Shown: positions 47,892 through 59,035 of the stretch, in pieces
How the letters are laid out: each line of letters begins with the position of its first letter
How positions within the stretch are numbered: position 1 is the stretch's first letter
Source: an uncultured virus (IMG/VR IMGVR_UViG_3300021197_001844)
Taxonomy: Duplodnaviria; Heunggongvirae; Uroviricota; Caudoviricetes
IMG/VR virus record: IMGVR_UViG_3300021197_001844
DNA length: 64,000 bases
Strand: one strand, 5' to 3'
Translations under genes and position numbers: made by a program
Notes under the pieces: model-generated
What the model was told of the DNA's origin: nothing
Seen by the model: the letters and a program-made list of their open reading frames with translations, nothing else
Databases searched by the model: none

Positions 47892-49640
47892 CTAGGAACC
47901 AGCTTCACCAAGAAGCCCACGAACGATAACCAAACCGTACATATCAGGACGAACCATCTTCTTAGCGTAACGGGTCATTACCCCTTTACGTGGAACGAAG
48001 TCTTCAGGTCCGAAGATCGTAGGTGTGGTTTGTAGTGGCACGTATGGAGCATATACGTAACCAGACTCAAGGAAACTATTTCCTTTACGTCCTACAAGAA
48101 TAATACCTCTTGGGAAGTAAGGATCAACCATAACGTCGAACTTACGACTCAAAGAGCCAACCTTAACCGCACCGATGTCGCCTTTATCAGCGTCAGCAGT
48201 AACGTTTGCACGGAATCCAGAGGTGAACTCAAGGATGTTAGCAACTTCTGGAGAACAAACTACGAAGTTAGCGCCACCACGAAGAGTCTTTCTGTGGATT
48301 TGTGCAGACACATCATTGATAGTTTCAATGAGGGTCTCATACCATTCTGAAACAGTACCAGTGAAGTCAGGAGCAGCAGAAGTTGCACCAAGCTCAACAC
48401 CAGTTGAACGGTTTACAAAGAGACCGGGTGAACGAGACCAGTAGAATGTACCAGCTTTTGCACCATTAACAAGGTCAGCCAAGATCTCTCTGTCGATTTC
48501 AAGAGCAATTTGCTCAGAAAGGATAGAGGTCAACTCAACTTCAGCATCCAAGTTGTGGTAAGCATTCAAGTCTTGACCCAATTCTGGGGTCCACTTGGCT
48601 TTCAACTTCTTGGTTTGCGCTGTGATAGCAATACTATCTACCTTGATGTCGATCTCAGGAATATCTGAATTACCTTCTAGAAGATAATTGTAAGCAGTGA
48701 GTGCACCACCATCATCAGTACCATGACCAACGCTATCCTTTTGTGGATATTCAACAGTTAGAGTGTTTGCGTTTGATGTATAAGCACTAGCTTCTGCGTG
48801 AGTAGATACAAAGAAGAGGCTAATAGTTGTGCCGTCTGTGCTTGTAAGTCGTCGAATCAACTTGGTGTTGTCATCATCCAAAGCAGAGGCAGTACTATCT
48901 AAGTTGCTTAGGTTAGACCCTGAAACATTGAAAGCACTAAGATTGTCCAAATCTGGTGAAGTAAAGCCAGACTCAGCAATATCAAGCTGAATCAAATAAC
49001 TTGTACTTTCAGCTAAAACATCAGCATCAAATTTCATACTTTTCTTTTGCGCTTCAGTCAATGCCGAAATCTGAACACCGGCAATAGTATCAGCCACAAC
49101 ACCGTTAGCGAATTCAACAGACGCTGTTGGAGAAGCATAAGCATACCCAACCGCATCACGAGGACCGGAAAGGTTTTCTCCAAGAGAACCTACCAAGCTA
49201 ACACCACCAGTGATTTGAGAACCAACACGGTTAGTACCGTAAATTGACTCGTTAGCAGTGTTTCCGAAACGATCTGTTAAAGCTCCAGTAGCTCCTACGT
49301 TTGGAGAGAATACGAAATCAAGGAAGAAGATCAGCCCAGAAGGAAGACTCATGGGTTGAACGCTAACCAATTGATTTGCGATAAGTCCGGCGAATACACG
49401 ACGAACGATTGGAAAAGCAACAGCAGCGAAACCTTCAACGTCACCAGCGGTCATAGACGAGCTTTCACGGAGAAGTTCTTTAGCTTGGTTTTCCAAGAGA
49501 CGAGCCATATTTTGTTTTTGGTGCTCGTCAGAAAGGCCTTCAAGTAAACCGGTTTGTGTCCATTTGTTCAAAAGGGCTTGTCCTTCTGCTTTCATGTCAC
49601 GGTTTACGATGCCTTCAGTTAATTTCTGAATAATAGACAT
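47892..49640 (-). CDS. Major capsid protein (T4 gp23-like)
   Basis: KW..TGLLEG, FPIVRRVF, VQPM..PSGLIFFLD, KLKAKWTPE..QDL.AYH..DAE.EL, YAPYVPL, TRY. Confidence 0.97.
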   Translation of the reverse strand: MSIIQKLTEGIVNRDMKAEGQALLNKWTQTGLLEGLSDEHQKQNMARLLENQAKELLRESSSMTAGDVEGFAAVAFPIVRRVFAGLIANQLVSVQPMSLPSGLIFFLDFVFSPNVGATGALTDRFGNTANESIYGTNRVGSQITGGVSLVGSLGENLSGPRDAVGYAYASPTASVEFANGVVADTIAGVQISALTEAQKKSMKFDADVLAESTSYLIQLDIAESGFTSPDLDNLSAFNVSGSNLSNLDSTASALDDDNTKLIRRLTSTDGTTISLFFVSTHAEASAYTSNANTLTVEYPQKDSVGHGTDDGGALTAYNYLLEGNSDIPEIDIKVDSIAITAQTKKLKAKWTPELGQDLNAYHNLDAEVELTSILSEQIALEIDREILADLVNGAKAGTFYWSRSPGLFVNRSTGVELGATSAAPDFTGTVSEWYETLIETINDVSAQIHRKTLRGGANFVVCSPEVANILEFTSGFRANVTADADKGDIGAVKVGSLSRKFDVMVDPYFPRGIILVGRKGNSFLESGYVYAPYVPLQTTPTIFGPEDFVPRKGVMTRYAKKMVRPDMYGLVIVRGLLGEAGS

Positions 49641-49666
49641 TTTAATACCTCCTACAGTTTTATGTC

Positions 49667-50890
49667 TTACTTAATACCAGCAAGCTTTTTCATATGCTCT
49701 GCAAATGTAAATTGCTGTGCTGATGTTTGTTTACGTCTTGGCATAATACCTGATAAATTCGACTTTCTATTTACTGACTCGCTCAGTGATTGTGGTCCTT
49801 TTCTTTTTGTAGAACCCACTGTAGCTTTAAGAGTCTCTTGGAGAGTCTTTGCTTCATCTGGTGTGTTTGCCGATGCGATGGCTTCAACAATTTTGTTTTT
49901 TTGTCGCTCATTCAAGGAGGCATCGCTAAGTGTCTTGTTACAATACAATAATTTTGCATTGCTCAAAAGTGTTTCGTTGAGAGAACTACTAAGTTCATCA
50001 ACTATTTTTAATAAATCTTTCATTTGTAAAGCTTGTTTACGAACAGTTTCGTCGAGTTCTTCAATTTTTTTATTGTACTCTTCGTCTTCTTCTTTCTTTT
50101 CATCGTCCTCTGCTTCCGCTAAGGCTTTTTCTTGTTCGTATTTAAGTGTTCCTTCGTCTGTTGTTATGTGGCCTTGTTTGGTCTCGCCCATATCAACAGT
50201 CAGTTCTTCGCTAAGTATATCTAGAAGTTCTTGAAACAACAGTCCTTCATCATCATCCGCCTCTGGTTCGGCACCTGCATCACCAGTCGCCGGGGCACCA
50301 ACGGCATCTTCCTCTGGTGTTTCAAGAGAGGATAGATCCAAATCCAAGTCATCGGTTACCTCTGCTTCTTCTGGCTGGGTTGTTAGTTCTTCAGTTTCGC
50401 CCTGAGATAAGAACATGTTTTCTAAGTCAATATCAAAATCCTCGGGAGAAAAGTCGTACACATTCATTTTAGCACTAACTTCACCGTCCGGGCTAATACC
50501 AGCGGCATATGGAATATTGCTAACAGCATTTGGTGCAGCAGCAGCCTCACTGCCACCCCCCATTGACATTCCTTCTTCTTCTTGTAATAAAGCCTCATCG
50601 GCTCCCTGTAGTTCGCTCTCCGTAACCAAATTAGTCTTCTCTTCACCAATATATTGGATGCCGACTTTTCCACCGTCGGATTCGGTTGTAATTCTAGCAA
50701 ACTTTCCTTCATGTTGCACTAATTGATTTTGTACCCAGTGATTCTCATTCACTTCGGTCTCAAGCATGCTATCGACTGCTTCTTTAATTTGTGGCGCATA
50801 CTTTTCAATAATAGCCTGCTCTGCATTCTTTAGCGCTGCTTCCCTTAAGGCCGCAGCATCAACAATGGCTTGTTCTAACATTGAGGACAT
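49667..50890 (-). CDS. Prohead scaffold/core protein (gp22-like)
   Basis: Acidic coiled coil upstream of MCP; NAKLLY.NK; ends MKKLAGIK. Confidence 0.8.
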   Translation of the reverse strand: MSSMLEQAIVDAAALREAALKNAEQAIIEKYAPQIKEAVDSMLETEVNENHWVQNQLVQHEGKFARITTESDGGKVGIQYIGEEKTNLVTESELQGADEALLQEEEGMSMGGGSEAAAAPNAVSNIPYAAGISPDGEVSAKMNVYDFSPEDFDIDLENMFLSQGETEELTTQPEEAEVTDDLDLDLSSLETPEEDAVGAPATGDAGAEPEADDDEGLLFQELLDILSEELTVDMGETKQGHITTDEGTLKYEQEKALAEAEDDEKKEEDEEYNKKIEELDETVRKQALQMKDLLKIVDELSSSLNETLLSNAKLLYCNKTLSDASLNERQKNKIVEAIASANTPDEAKTLQETLKATVGSTKRKGPQSLSESVNRKSNLSGIMPRRKQTSAQQFTFAEHMKKLAGIK

Positions 50891-50955
50891 TAAAATTTAC
50901 TCCTAGGATTAATATATATATCATTGATAAATAGTCACAAGTTGCAGAAAAGGAA

Positions 50956-53541
50956 TTAGGAAGCTGCCATTGTTATGCCGGAATCATTAAAGTTTATCAA
51001 TTCTATCATGATTGTAGCATTCGACGTCGAGCTATTAGAAGTGTTTATTGTCAATTGTATGTTAAAAGTTTGAGTTGCGCTATTAGCACCAGTATTACTA
51101 CTTCCGGCAACCGCAACAGAAAAGTTTGGAGTTATACTGGCGTTTTCCGTTGTTGTAACCGAGGAAAACGCTTTATCTGTTGGGCTACCTGAGCCTCTTG
51201 CAATGGAACCTTCGAAAGAAAACGACTGGGCATAATTGCAATTATCGAAATTCGCAAGGCCAAAAACCCTAATGGCCGCAGCGTGGTTAGCGTTTGGAAC
51301 AGTCACTGTTACGATACTCGTTGCTGAATCATCTGTTATGGATACCTTTCTCACGGTTAGTCTAGTATGGGAGCCGTTATCGCCCTCCAAGTTACCTTGG
51401 GATATTGCTCCACCATTTACATACTTGCCCCTATTATAGAAAACTCCCGGATAAGTTGCGTGACTCTCGCCTGCCAAGAACATTGTTGGATAACCGTTGC
51501 CCTGTTGTTTCATTTGAAAAAGATTTTCAGTATTAGAACCCGATATTAAAAGCCGACTTTCAGCCGGATCGGTATCACCAATTACAATTCTATCTGACGA
51601 ACCAGTACCATTAATTGTAAGCAAACTTCCGTTAAATGTTAAGTTTGCTTCTCCTGTCATGGCGTCTGTACCAGTTGCTGTCAAAACCCTATTATCAACG
51701 CCATTTGCCATAAAGTCAGATACATCAACTCTTAATTCGTTTGAGGTATAATCTAAGCCACTACCAGCAACGTTTGAGTTAAGCATCGAGCCTTCAACTG
51801 CATTCGCAGCAATTGTCAGGGTACCATCAGCACCCAAAGAAGCATCGCCGCCTAATGTTCGATAAAGTAAGTCATCACCATCAGAAACTAAAAGTTGCCC
51901 GGCTGAGCCTAAAGTGAGTGCGCTTGGGTCTCCACTTGCATCACCAATAATAATTTTTCCTCGTGCAAGTCCTGCCATCTTTGCAAGACTTACAGCATTA
52001 TCGGCGATAGTAAGTGCGCCGCCTGCTGCTATTGTTGCATCACTTGAAACATTCGCAAATATAGCGTCTTCTAAATTTGAAAATGTAATTTTCTTTTCTG
52101 TTCCGTTGTCTGAAAACATGAAGTGATCTTGCGTCTGATGTAGTCCTGTGCCGCCAAGTGCAGAAAGAGCGTCTATGTCGACAGACCCCGCAGACGCAGT
52201 TAACTGGCTATTATTAACACCTATGCCAGAGCCGGCTATTGCCGTTAAAAAGGTACTAAATGAGCACTTTTTGTCACCATCAGAATCAATGAACGTCACA
52301 CTATCTGACGCTGCGGCTGGTGTTGCTGACGCTAAACTATTCATATTTAATTTAAGGCCTGATGATGCGACAGCCAAGCCAGAGTTTGATTCTAAGTTCA
52401 CGGCCAAGCTTGAAACACTATCAGCGCCCCCGGCAAAGGCCAATCCATTGCCGGCAATTGAGCCTGTGATCCCAACCCTGTCTGATGCTAATTTAACCGC
52501 TCCAGTAACCTCGATGTCGAGAACACCACTGTTGTTAATAAGGCCGGCTCCTGCCAAACTACTGACATCAGCTAAAGCAATAGTCTGTACGCTAATCGCC
52601 GAACCAGTGATATCGCCCCCAATTTGTAGTTGACCAGAACCAGAAACATCACCAGTAACTGACAGCACAGAACCGTTGAATGTCAAATTCGCCTCACCTT
52701 CAATCGTTTCAGCGCCACCAACCGTGACAACTCTATGCTGAGTTTGTCCATTGAATGTTGAGACCGCTTGATCGAAAAGGTTGGCAACACGCTGGCAGGT
52801 GATTTTCTTAAGATTATTACTGTCTCCGGCATCTGCAACTAATAAGAAGTCAGAGCCATCTGCTGAGGTGGTTTCAGTTGCATTGTTTGGATCAACCAAT
52901 ATCCCACTTGAATTAGCTAATCCACCGTTTGAAGCCAGTGATACACCAACACCAGACAAATTTGAACCATCACCAAAGAACGCCGAACCAGAAATAGCAC
53001 CAGAGCCAGAAATGGTACCTGTCACGGTGACCGTGCCACTGGCGGTCACGTTAGTACAACTAACATGAGTTGCGGTCACGTTACCATCGACATGTAGTTT
53101 GGTACTTGGATTGTTTGTTCCAATACCAACATTTCCAGCAGAATTGATCCGCATTACTTCTGTGTTTGTCCCTCTTCCTTTGAAAATCATAGAATGGGCA
53201 CCAGTACCATCATAGATTATACTAGCTCTGGATTCGGTTGCCTCTTTGAAAAGGATTCTTCCTTCATCATTGCTAGCCATATCAAAGGTTAAAGTCGCAG
53301 CCCCTGAAGTGGCTTCTATTTCAACGCCCCCATTGCCAGTTGTCATCACATGTAGTGGCTCAGATGGGTTGTTTGTTCCGATACCCAAATTGTTTTTTAC
53401 ATAAGCATTGGAGCCAGTTAGTGTATGAAAGTCTTTACTTCCTGTAATTACCTGATCTGAATGGGTGTCAACTATGTCCTCGATGGTACCTTGAGTTGGC
53501 CCTTGGAAGTTGACATTCTTATTAAGAATATTGTATGACAT
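50956..53541 (-). CDS. Fibre-like structural protein
   Basis: GIGTNNPS x2, EANLTFNGS x2, G/S/T/A-rich. Confidence 0.7.
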   Translation of the reverse strand: MSYNILNKNVNFQGPTQGTIEDIVDTHSDQVITGSKDFHTLTGSNAYVKNNLGIGTNNPSEPLHVMTTGNGGVEIEATSGAATLTFDMASNDEGRILFKEATESRASIIYDGTGAHSMIFKGRGTNTEVMRINSAGNVGIGTNNPSTKLHVDGNVTATHVSCTNVTASGTVTVTGTISGSGAISGSAFFGDGSNLSGVGVSLASNGGLANSSGILVDPNNATETTSADGSDFLLVADAGDSNNLKKITCQRVANLFDQAVSTFNGQTQHRVVTVGGAETIEGEANLTFNGSVLSVTGDVSGSGQLQIGGDITGSAISVQTIALADVSSLAGAGLINNSGVLDIEVTGAVKLASDRVGITGSIAGNGLAFAGGADSVSSLAVNLESNSGLAVASSGLKLNMNSLASATPAAASDSVTFIDSDGDKKCSFSTFLTAIAGSGIGVNNSQLTASAGSVDIDALSALGGTGLHQTQDHFMFSDNGTEKKITFSNLEDAIFANVSSDATIAAGGALTIADNAVSLAKMAGLARGKIIIGDASGDPSALTLGSAGQLLVSDGDDLLYRTLGGDASLGADGTLTIAANAVEGSMLNSNVAGSGLDYTSNELRVDVSDFMANGVDNRVLTATGTDAMTGEANLTFNGSLLTINGTGSSDRIVIGDTDPAESRLLISGSNTENLFQMKQQGNGYPTMFLAGESHATYPGVFYNRGKYVNGGAISQGNLEGDNGSHTRLTVRKVSITDDSATSIVTVTVPNANHAAAIRVFGLANFDNCNYAQSFSFEGSIARGSGSPTDKAFSSVTTTENASITPNFSVAVAGSSNTGANSATQTFNIQLTINTSNSSTSNATIMIELINFNDSGITMAAS

Positions 53542-53583
53542 TATAAATCCTCTATTTTTCTAATAAATAGATCGAAATGGTCA

Positions 53584-54507
53584 TTATGTTATTATATCTC
53601 TCAATTTGGATGTTGAATTATAAATCTCCGAAATTTGTTCATCAGACAATACCTCAGCCCAGTGTGCAAAATCATCAATACCTTCTGCGAACACCTGCGT
53701 GTCGTTACCATCGTAAGCTCCGAGTTCTTTGGCGGATGTAGTAACAACAGCATTGGCAGTTCCTACGTGAGATCCGTTAATAAAAAATCTAGAATTTGTA
53801 CCATTAGCAACAACAGCTATATGTGTCCATGAGGTTGTCCCTTCGAGCGAAGTCATATCGTAGCCAGAAGAGTAAAATTGACCACCAGATTCGGTATATA
53901 CCCCGAGTTCGTCGGTTGAATCCTCAGTCAGAAGGGGGTAATCCTGTGTATTTACTGGTGATCCCCCTGATTCTCTTCGAAGAATAGAGCCCCAATCGGA
54001 GCCGGTTCTTTTCGAATAAAACCAAAAGGAAAATGTGTAAATACCACCAAGTAGCGGGATCTCCGATTCAAATCTAGCCGGTGCTGTGTTCCCAGATGAA
54101 CCAAAATCAATAAACCCATTCTCATATTTTCCGTTATCTGTACTAATGGTTGCACTTGTGAACGAATTGTTTCCAATTTGTGATACTGGAGAGATACCGG
54201 AGAAGTATAATCTTGGATAAGGAATTCTAACACCGCTAGAGCCACCACTGGACTGGTTAGTCCAACTGAGTTGCCCAGAACCATTTGTTTTTAAAACCTG
54301 ATTCGCACTTCCATCTGAAATTGGAAAAGTAAAGGCTTCATTAAATGTTATAGAGCCATCTGAGCCTGATATTTTCATTCTCAATGTCCCGCTGGTTTCG
54401 AGTCCGATATAGTCTTCACCAAAATCGATTTGGGTATCTCTTTGTGTGTCGTCTTGTGCTTTTAAGTCGCCAATTACTTGAGCGCCTTTTGAATATTTAA
54501 ATGACAT
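53584..54507 (-). CDS. Structural protein with C-terminal LamG/concanavalin-like domain
   Basis: TFSFW..WTHIAVV..FFING..GIDDFAHW..LSDEQI. Confidence 0.75.
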   Translation of the reverse strand: MSFKYSKGAQVIGDLKAQDDTQRDTQIDFGEDYIGLETSGTLRMKISGSDGSITFNEAFTFPISDGSANQVLKTNGSGQLSWTNQSSGGSSGVRIPYPRLYFSGISPVSQIGNNSFTSATISTDNGKYENGFIDFGSSGNTAPARFESEIPLLGGIYTFSFWFYSKRTGSDWGSILRRESGGSPVNTQDYPLLTEDSTDELGVYTESGGQFYSSGYDMTSLEGTTSWTHIAVVANGTNSRFFINGSHVGTANAVVTTSAKELGAYDGNDTQVFAEGIDDFAHWAEVLSDEQISEIYNSTSKLRDIIT

Positions 54508-54539
54508 AATTAATCTCCACTTTAATTAGCCTCAAAATT

Positions 54540-54570
54540 AAAAAAGGGCTGGTGCCCGAAGGCACCAACC
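54540..54570 (-). terminator. Terminator after 54598-56931
   Basis: GGTGCC-TTCG-GGCACC stem then T-run. Confidence 0.8.
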
Positions 54571-54597
54571 ACAATATATGAGATATAATATTCTATA

Positions 54598-56931
54598 TTA
54601 GAATACTCTCCACAAATTACTAGCAACATATACCAATTCAACAGCAGCAAATGGTGATTCTAAACGAATTGAGGCAGCGCCATCAATTGTTTGAGAACCA
54701 GCTTTGGCGATTGTGATATAACGAGCAGCAGAACAGTCAGAAGGGGCCTTAACTTTAACTGATTGTCCTACAGAAGGAGAAGCAGGAAGAGTTACAACAT
54801 CTTCACCATCGTCACTCATGTCAGAAAAATAGTTAACACCAACGATAAGAGTACCGGCAGCAGCAACGTTCTGAATAACAGCAGCAATGTCAGACATATA
54901 TGTTTTAACAATTGACATGTCCATTTTCTTTAAAACGCCACCGTCAGAGAACATCAATTCATCAGTATCAGCAAGTGTACCAGTGAAGTCTGTCTGTGAG
55001 GTGATAGCTTGAACATTTAGAGACAAGGCACCACCAGCAGCGATAGAAGCTTGCTGACTAACATTTCCGAAGATTTCGTCTTCGAAGTTAGAGAAAGTAA
55101 TCTTCTTAGTAACATTTGAACCGTCAGCATCAGAAACAGCAAGCAAGTCGTTTTGAGCAACAGCAGTCAACGCAGAAGCGCCGATTGAGTTGATATCAAG
55201 CTCAAGCTTATTACCAGCAGCCTTTAAACCATCACTAGCGAAATATGTAGCAAAGTCACCCATAGCAGTTTGCTTCATAACACCACCATCATTAATGATT
55301 AATTGATCAGAAGATGCAATAGTTACAGAACCATCAGAGGTTCCACCATCAAGAATAGCAAATTCAGCAGCAGTTACAGCAGCCGCAGCAGCAGTAGTAG
55401 CATCAGCAAGGACAGCCATGTGATAAGTACCAGCAGCGATTTGAGGCATGGTAATCGTAGAATCAGCAGTTGGTGAACCACAAGTAAGAATAGTTTCATG
55501 ATCATCAGCAGGGCCTTCAAAAGTGAAAGAACTTGAGATGTTGATAGTTGTTGAATCAACAGTAGTAGTTGAACCTTGAACAATCAAGTCACCAGCAACA
55601 GTAACACCACCAGAAAATGTAGCAATATCATCAGACTGACTACCGATAGTGAAAGCACCACCCATGTCAACATTAGTGTTGATCTTGCTAAGAGCAATAG
55701 CAGCGTTTGAAGCAACAGAAGCATTTACAACCGCATTTGCAGCCAATTCGTCTGCACCGACAGCATCGTCAGCAAGCATACTATTTTCAACAGCTTGAGC
55801 GGCGATAGTTAAAGCACCACCGGCAGCGATAGTAGCATCACCACTGATGTTAGCAAAAATTCTGTCTTCAACATCAGAAAAAGTTGCTGACTTGATATTG
55901 TTACTATCACTAACATCACCAAGGTAGAGCAAGTCGCCTTGTACAATTGCAGCAGCCAGTAAAGAACCAGCACAAGAACCACCATCAAGTTTGTCCATGT
56001 CAATTGCTGCATTTGAAGCTATGGACGCATTTACAACCGCATTTGCTGCCAATTGGTCTGCACCAACGGCATCATCAGCAATCATTGCCTGTTCTACAGC
56101 ATCGTTAGCAATCGTTAAAGCACCACCAGCAGTAATAGTAGCATCACCAGAAATATTACTGAAGATTTGATCTTCAAGGTTCGTGAAAGAAATTTTCTTA
56201 GTTGTATCACTAGCCTCAGAATCTGAAAGTCCAAAAAGGTCAGATTGATGAACGGTTGTCTTAGAAGCACCAAGACTATTAACATCTAATTCCATACGAC
56301 CAGAAACAGATTTAAGACCATCACTAGCCAATCTAGTTGAGAAGTCGTTAGCAGCTTCGTGCTTTAATTTGCTATCAGTTGCATCAAAGAAAACAACTGA
56401 GTCAGCGCTTTCATCATATGCAGCATCAGCAAATCCGTCAATGTAATTCAACTCGACAGCAGAAGCATCAACAGCAGCCAACTTAGTGAAGTCAGCTTGA
56501 ACCAAGCCAGAAACATTATCAAGCAAGTTCAATTCAGCAGCAGTTGCAGTCATAGCAACACCACCTAATAGTAAACCACCAGCTTTTGCGATGTTGAAGT
56601 CAACATCACTTGCAAGAGCAAGAGATTGAGCGGCAAGAGTCATGATGTCTGCATCAGCATCACAACCAATTGTTGATGAGTTATCAACAGCCAAAGATTT
56701 AAGAGCAGTGTCGCCATCTGCGTCTACGGAAAAACCCGTCATAGTAATGGTACCCATGGTAAGGTCACCAGAACCGTCGATGGAAGTAGCACCGGCAACT
56801 GCGCCAGCGTTTGTAATCCCACCATTTTGTACGTTAAGAGAGTCTGCGGTTAAAGCGTCAACTTCAGCAGCACCTTCTTGAACAAGGGTACCACTAAGTA
56901 TAGCAGCCCCTAATTGAAATTTATAAGCCAT
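54598..56931 (-). CDS. Repeat-rich fibre/decoration protein
   Basis: A/D/S/G-rich internal repeats; C-terminal VTLP..GSQTIDG..LESPF domain; MCP-like codon use. Confidence 0.7.
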   Translation of the reverse strand: MAYKFQLGAAILSGTLVQEGAAEVDALTADSLNVQNGGITNAGAVAGATSIDGSGDLTMGTITMTGFSVDADGDTALKSLAVDNSSTIGCDADADIMTLAAQSLALASDVDFNIAKAGGLLLGGVAMTATAAELNLLDNVSGLVQADFTKLAAVDASAVELNYIDGFADAAYDESADSVVFFDATDSKLKHEAANDFSTRLASDGLKSVSGRMELDVNSLGASKTTVHQSDLFGLSDSEASDTTKKISFTNLEDQIFSNISGDATITAGGALTIANDAVEQAMIADDAVGADQLAANAVVNASIASNAAIDMDKLDGGSCAGSLLAAAIVQGDLLYLGDVSDSNNIKSATFSDVEDRIFANISGDATIAAGGALTIAAQAVENSMLADDAVGADELAANAVVNASVASNAAIALSKINTNVDMGGAFTIGSQSDDIATFSGGVTVAGDLIVQGSTTTVDSTTINISSSFTFEGPADDHETILTCGSPTADSTITMPQIAAGTYHMAVLADATTAAAAAVTAAEFAILDGGTSDGSVTIASSDQLIINDGGVMKQTAMGDFATYFASDGLKAAGNKLELDINSIGASALTAVAQNDLLAVSDADGSNVTKKITFSNFEDEIFGNVSQQASIAAGGALSLNVQAITSQTDFTGTLADTDELMFSDGGVLKKMDMSIVKTYMSDIAAVIQNVAAAGTLIVGVNYFSDMSDDGEDVVTLPASPSVGQSVKVKAPSDCSAARYITIAKAGSQTIDGAASIRLESPFAAVELVYVASNLWRVF

Positions 56932-57007
56932 AAAAAATCCTCCAATATAGACCTAGAGAGCCTAAAGGCTCTCGCTAATAAATAGAGAGCAGTATACGTT
57001 TCTTAGG

Positions 57008-57934
57008 CTAGTATATGAAGAATTTATTCGACCCGTTAGTATAAATATTTACGGCAGCATAGGGACTTTCAAGAATTACCGAGTTTTTACCGTCAATTGT
57101 TTGAGATCCGCTTGCTTTTATGGTGATATTGTGAACATTGGCATTTCCTGCTTCATCTTTAATTACAAAAAATTGTCCGCTATGTAATGTATCAGAGCCC
57201 GGCAAATGAATCACGACCTCTGAAGAGGAGGACACACCAATAAAATAATTTGAGTTTGATGCGGTGAATGAAGATGTAATCTGGAGCCTGTGTGCGCTTA
57301 TGCCGCCATCGATAGACAGTGGTTTGTTAAGGTGAATAGTACCAAAAGCCTCGTTAGTGGAGATGGAACAATGCTCCCCAAGATGAACAGAACCAGTTCC
57401 AACGAATATCTGATTCCACCTATTTGTGGTAGAACCTAAGTCATGAATGCCGGTATCTCCGGGTAAAAGAGAACCAGTCACTGCAAATGTGCCACTCAGT
57501 GTAAGTGTATCCGACGCATACGATAGTTTAGCAGAGCCACTAAGTTTACCGCCACCCGTGTGAAACTGTAGTGAATTAATTGGCCCCTCACCCGCAACTG
57601 AGGAGGTGACAATAATGTTACCACTAGCATCTAAGCCAAGGTAGCTACCATCTCCGGCTAGAGAGCCCGAGGTAGGACTCCCCAATTTTATACCAACAGA
57701 TGCTGTGAGCCCGGGAACGGTTAGGGCGTTGTTTGTAACATTAAATGTGAACCCGTCATTCGCATTCAGACCTAGTTCGCCGCCGATGGTTTTAAAAAAT
57801 GGTATTCTTGTAATAGAAGCATTTTGAAGCGGGAATTGTTCAACGTTCTCCAGCCCAGAGCCATCACCAGAAAAAGCTCCGCTCTGAATAACTCCGACAG
57901 ATGAAACACTTCCGCTTAGAACATTATAACCCAT
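57008..57934 (-). CDS. Fibre/decoration protein
   Basis: DLGSTTNRW; C-terminal IKDEAG..GSQTIDG..LESPY domain. Confidence 0.65.
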   Translation of the reverse strand: MGYNVLSGSVSSVGVIQSGAFSGDGSGLENVEQFPLQNASITRIPFFKTIGGELGLNANDGFTFNVTNNALTVPGLTASVGIKLGSPTSGSLAGDGSYLGLDASGNIIVTSSVAGEGPINSLQFHTGGGKLSGSAKLSYASDTLTLSGTFAVTGSLLPGDTGIHDLGSTTNRWNQIFVGTGSVHLGEHCSISTNEAFGTIHLNKPLSIDGGISAHRLQITSSFTASNSNYFIGVSSSSEVVIHLPGSDTLHSGQFFVIKDEAGNANVHNITIKASGSQTIDGKNSVILESPYAAVNIYTNGSNKFFIY

Positions 57935-57947
57935 ACATCAAGCCTCC

Positions 57948-58556
57948 TTAATATATGAACCAGTTATCTGCGCCGTTGGAATAAAGTGTCAATGCAGGAT
58001 TATCACCAGACAAACTATATGTTGTGTCACGATCAATTTTTTGACCACCAGCACCAGAGACAGCAATTTTATTCGCATCGGATCTCGTTGTTGTTGTCTC
58101 GTCTTTGATGATTAATATTTTGCCAAAACCAGCAACTGATGCACTTGGTAATGTGATTGAAACATAATTTGTGTTAGTAACACCAATTATACTATCGTAT
58201 ATCTGTACTGTGTGTGACGTGCCTGTTAATTTATAATAATGCTGCCTTAGCCCACCAGAAACAACCGATAACGATCCCGTGAAAACGTGAGTATCAGCGC
58301 TATCGTCTCCGAAATTGGTACCACCAGAAGAGCTAATTTCAATTTTGTTTGTGTGAATCACATCAAATGTGTGAGCTTGCAGTGTGCCGCTGATAGACAT
58401 AGTACCTGTTAAGAAAAGACTATTAGTAGCACTATTGAATTTAAAGTTACTGCTACCGGTCAACTCCCCATTGGCAGTTTTGATAAACTGTACGGCGTCA
58501 GCGTCGCCTTTACCTGTTACTGCTCCTGATATATATGCCCATCCGAATTCTGCCAT
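57948..58556 (-). CDS. Fibre/decoration protein
   Basis: FGDDSADTHVFTGS; C-terminal ITLP..IKDE..KID..LYSNG..WFIY. Confidence 0.65.
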   Translation of the reverse strand: MAEFGWAYISGAVTGKGDADAVQFIKTANGELTGSSNFKFNSATNSLFLTGTMSISGTLQAHTFDVIHTNKIEISSSGGTNFGDDSADTHVFTGSLSVVSGGLRQHYYKLTGTSHTVQIYDSIIGVTNTNYVSITLPSASVAGFGKILIIKDETTTTRSDANKIAVSGAGGQKIDRDTTYSLSGDNPALTLYSNGADNWFIY

Positions 58557-58568
58557 TACAAGTCCCTA

Positions 58569-59006
58569 TTAAAATGTGCTACAAGCAGCATATACACTTA
58601 CAGTGTCAGTGTTATCAGCAACGAAAGCCACCCTATCTGACCCTGCAATATCTAAAATTAATGCTTGATATTGGTCTCTTTCGGCTAAAAATGTTGCCGC
58701 AGCATATGCACTTGAGGGAGTTGTTCCACTACTACCCGCTTGAGCTAAAGGTACCAAGAGAAGTGACCACTGTGCTGCTGCGTGGTGGTAAATGTAAACA
58801 GAAATACTAGTGTCTTCGTCACCGGTGCTAGTATCCCGCATCACCAAGTGAAGAAACCTTTGATTTTCAGTTGAATAACCAGCAGCCGAGCCGGTGGGGG
58901 CGCTACCGTCAGTAGACGTTAATGCTATCGCAGCAGTGCTGGTTGCGCCGTTAACATTTTTTGGTCTTCTTGTTCTACCCCAACTTTCATATCTATGTAT
59001 CGCCAT
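58569..59006 (-). CDS. Hypothetical virion protein
   Basis: GGAG RBS; late motif at 59028-59034. Confidence 0.65.
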   Translation of the reverse strand: MAIHRYESWGRTRRPKNVNGATSTAAIALTSTDGSAPTGSAAGYSTENQRFLHLVMRDTSTGDEDTSISVYIYHHAAAQWSLLLVPLAQAGSSGTTPSSAYAAATFLAERDQYQALILDIAGSDRVAFVADNTDTVSVYAACSTF

Positions 59007-59035
59007 AATTAAATCTCCAATCTCTTATAAATAGT

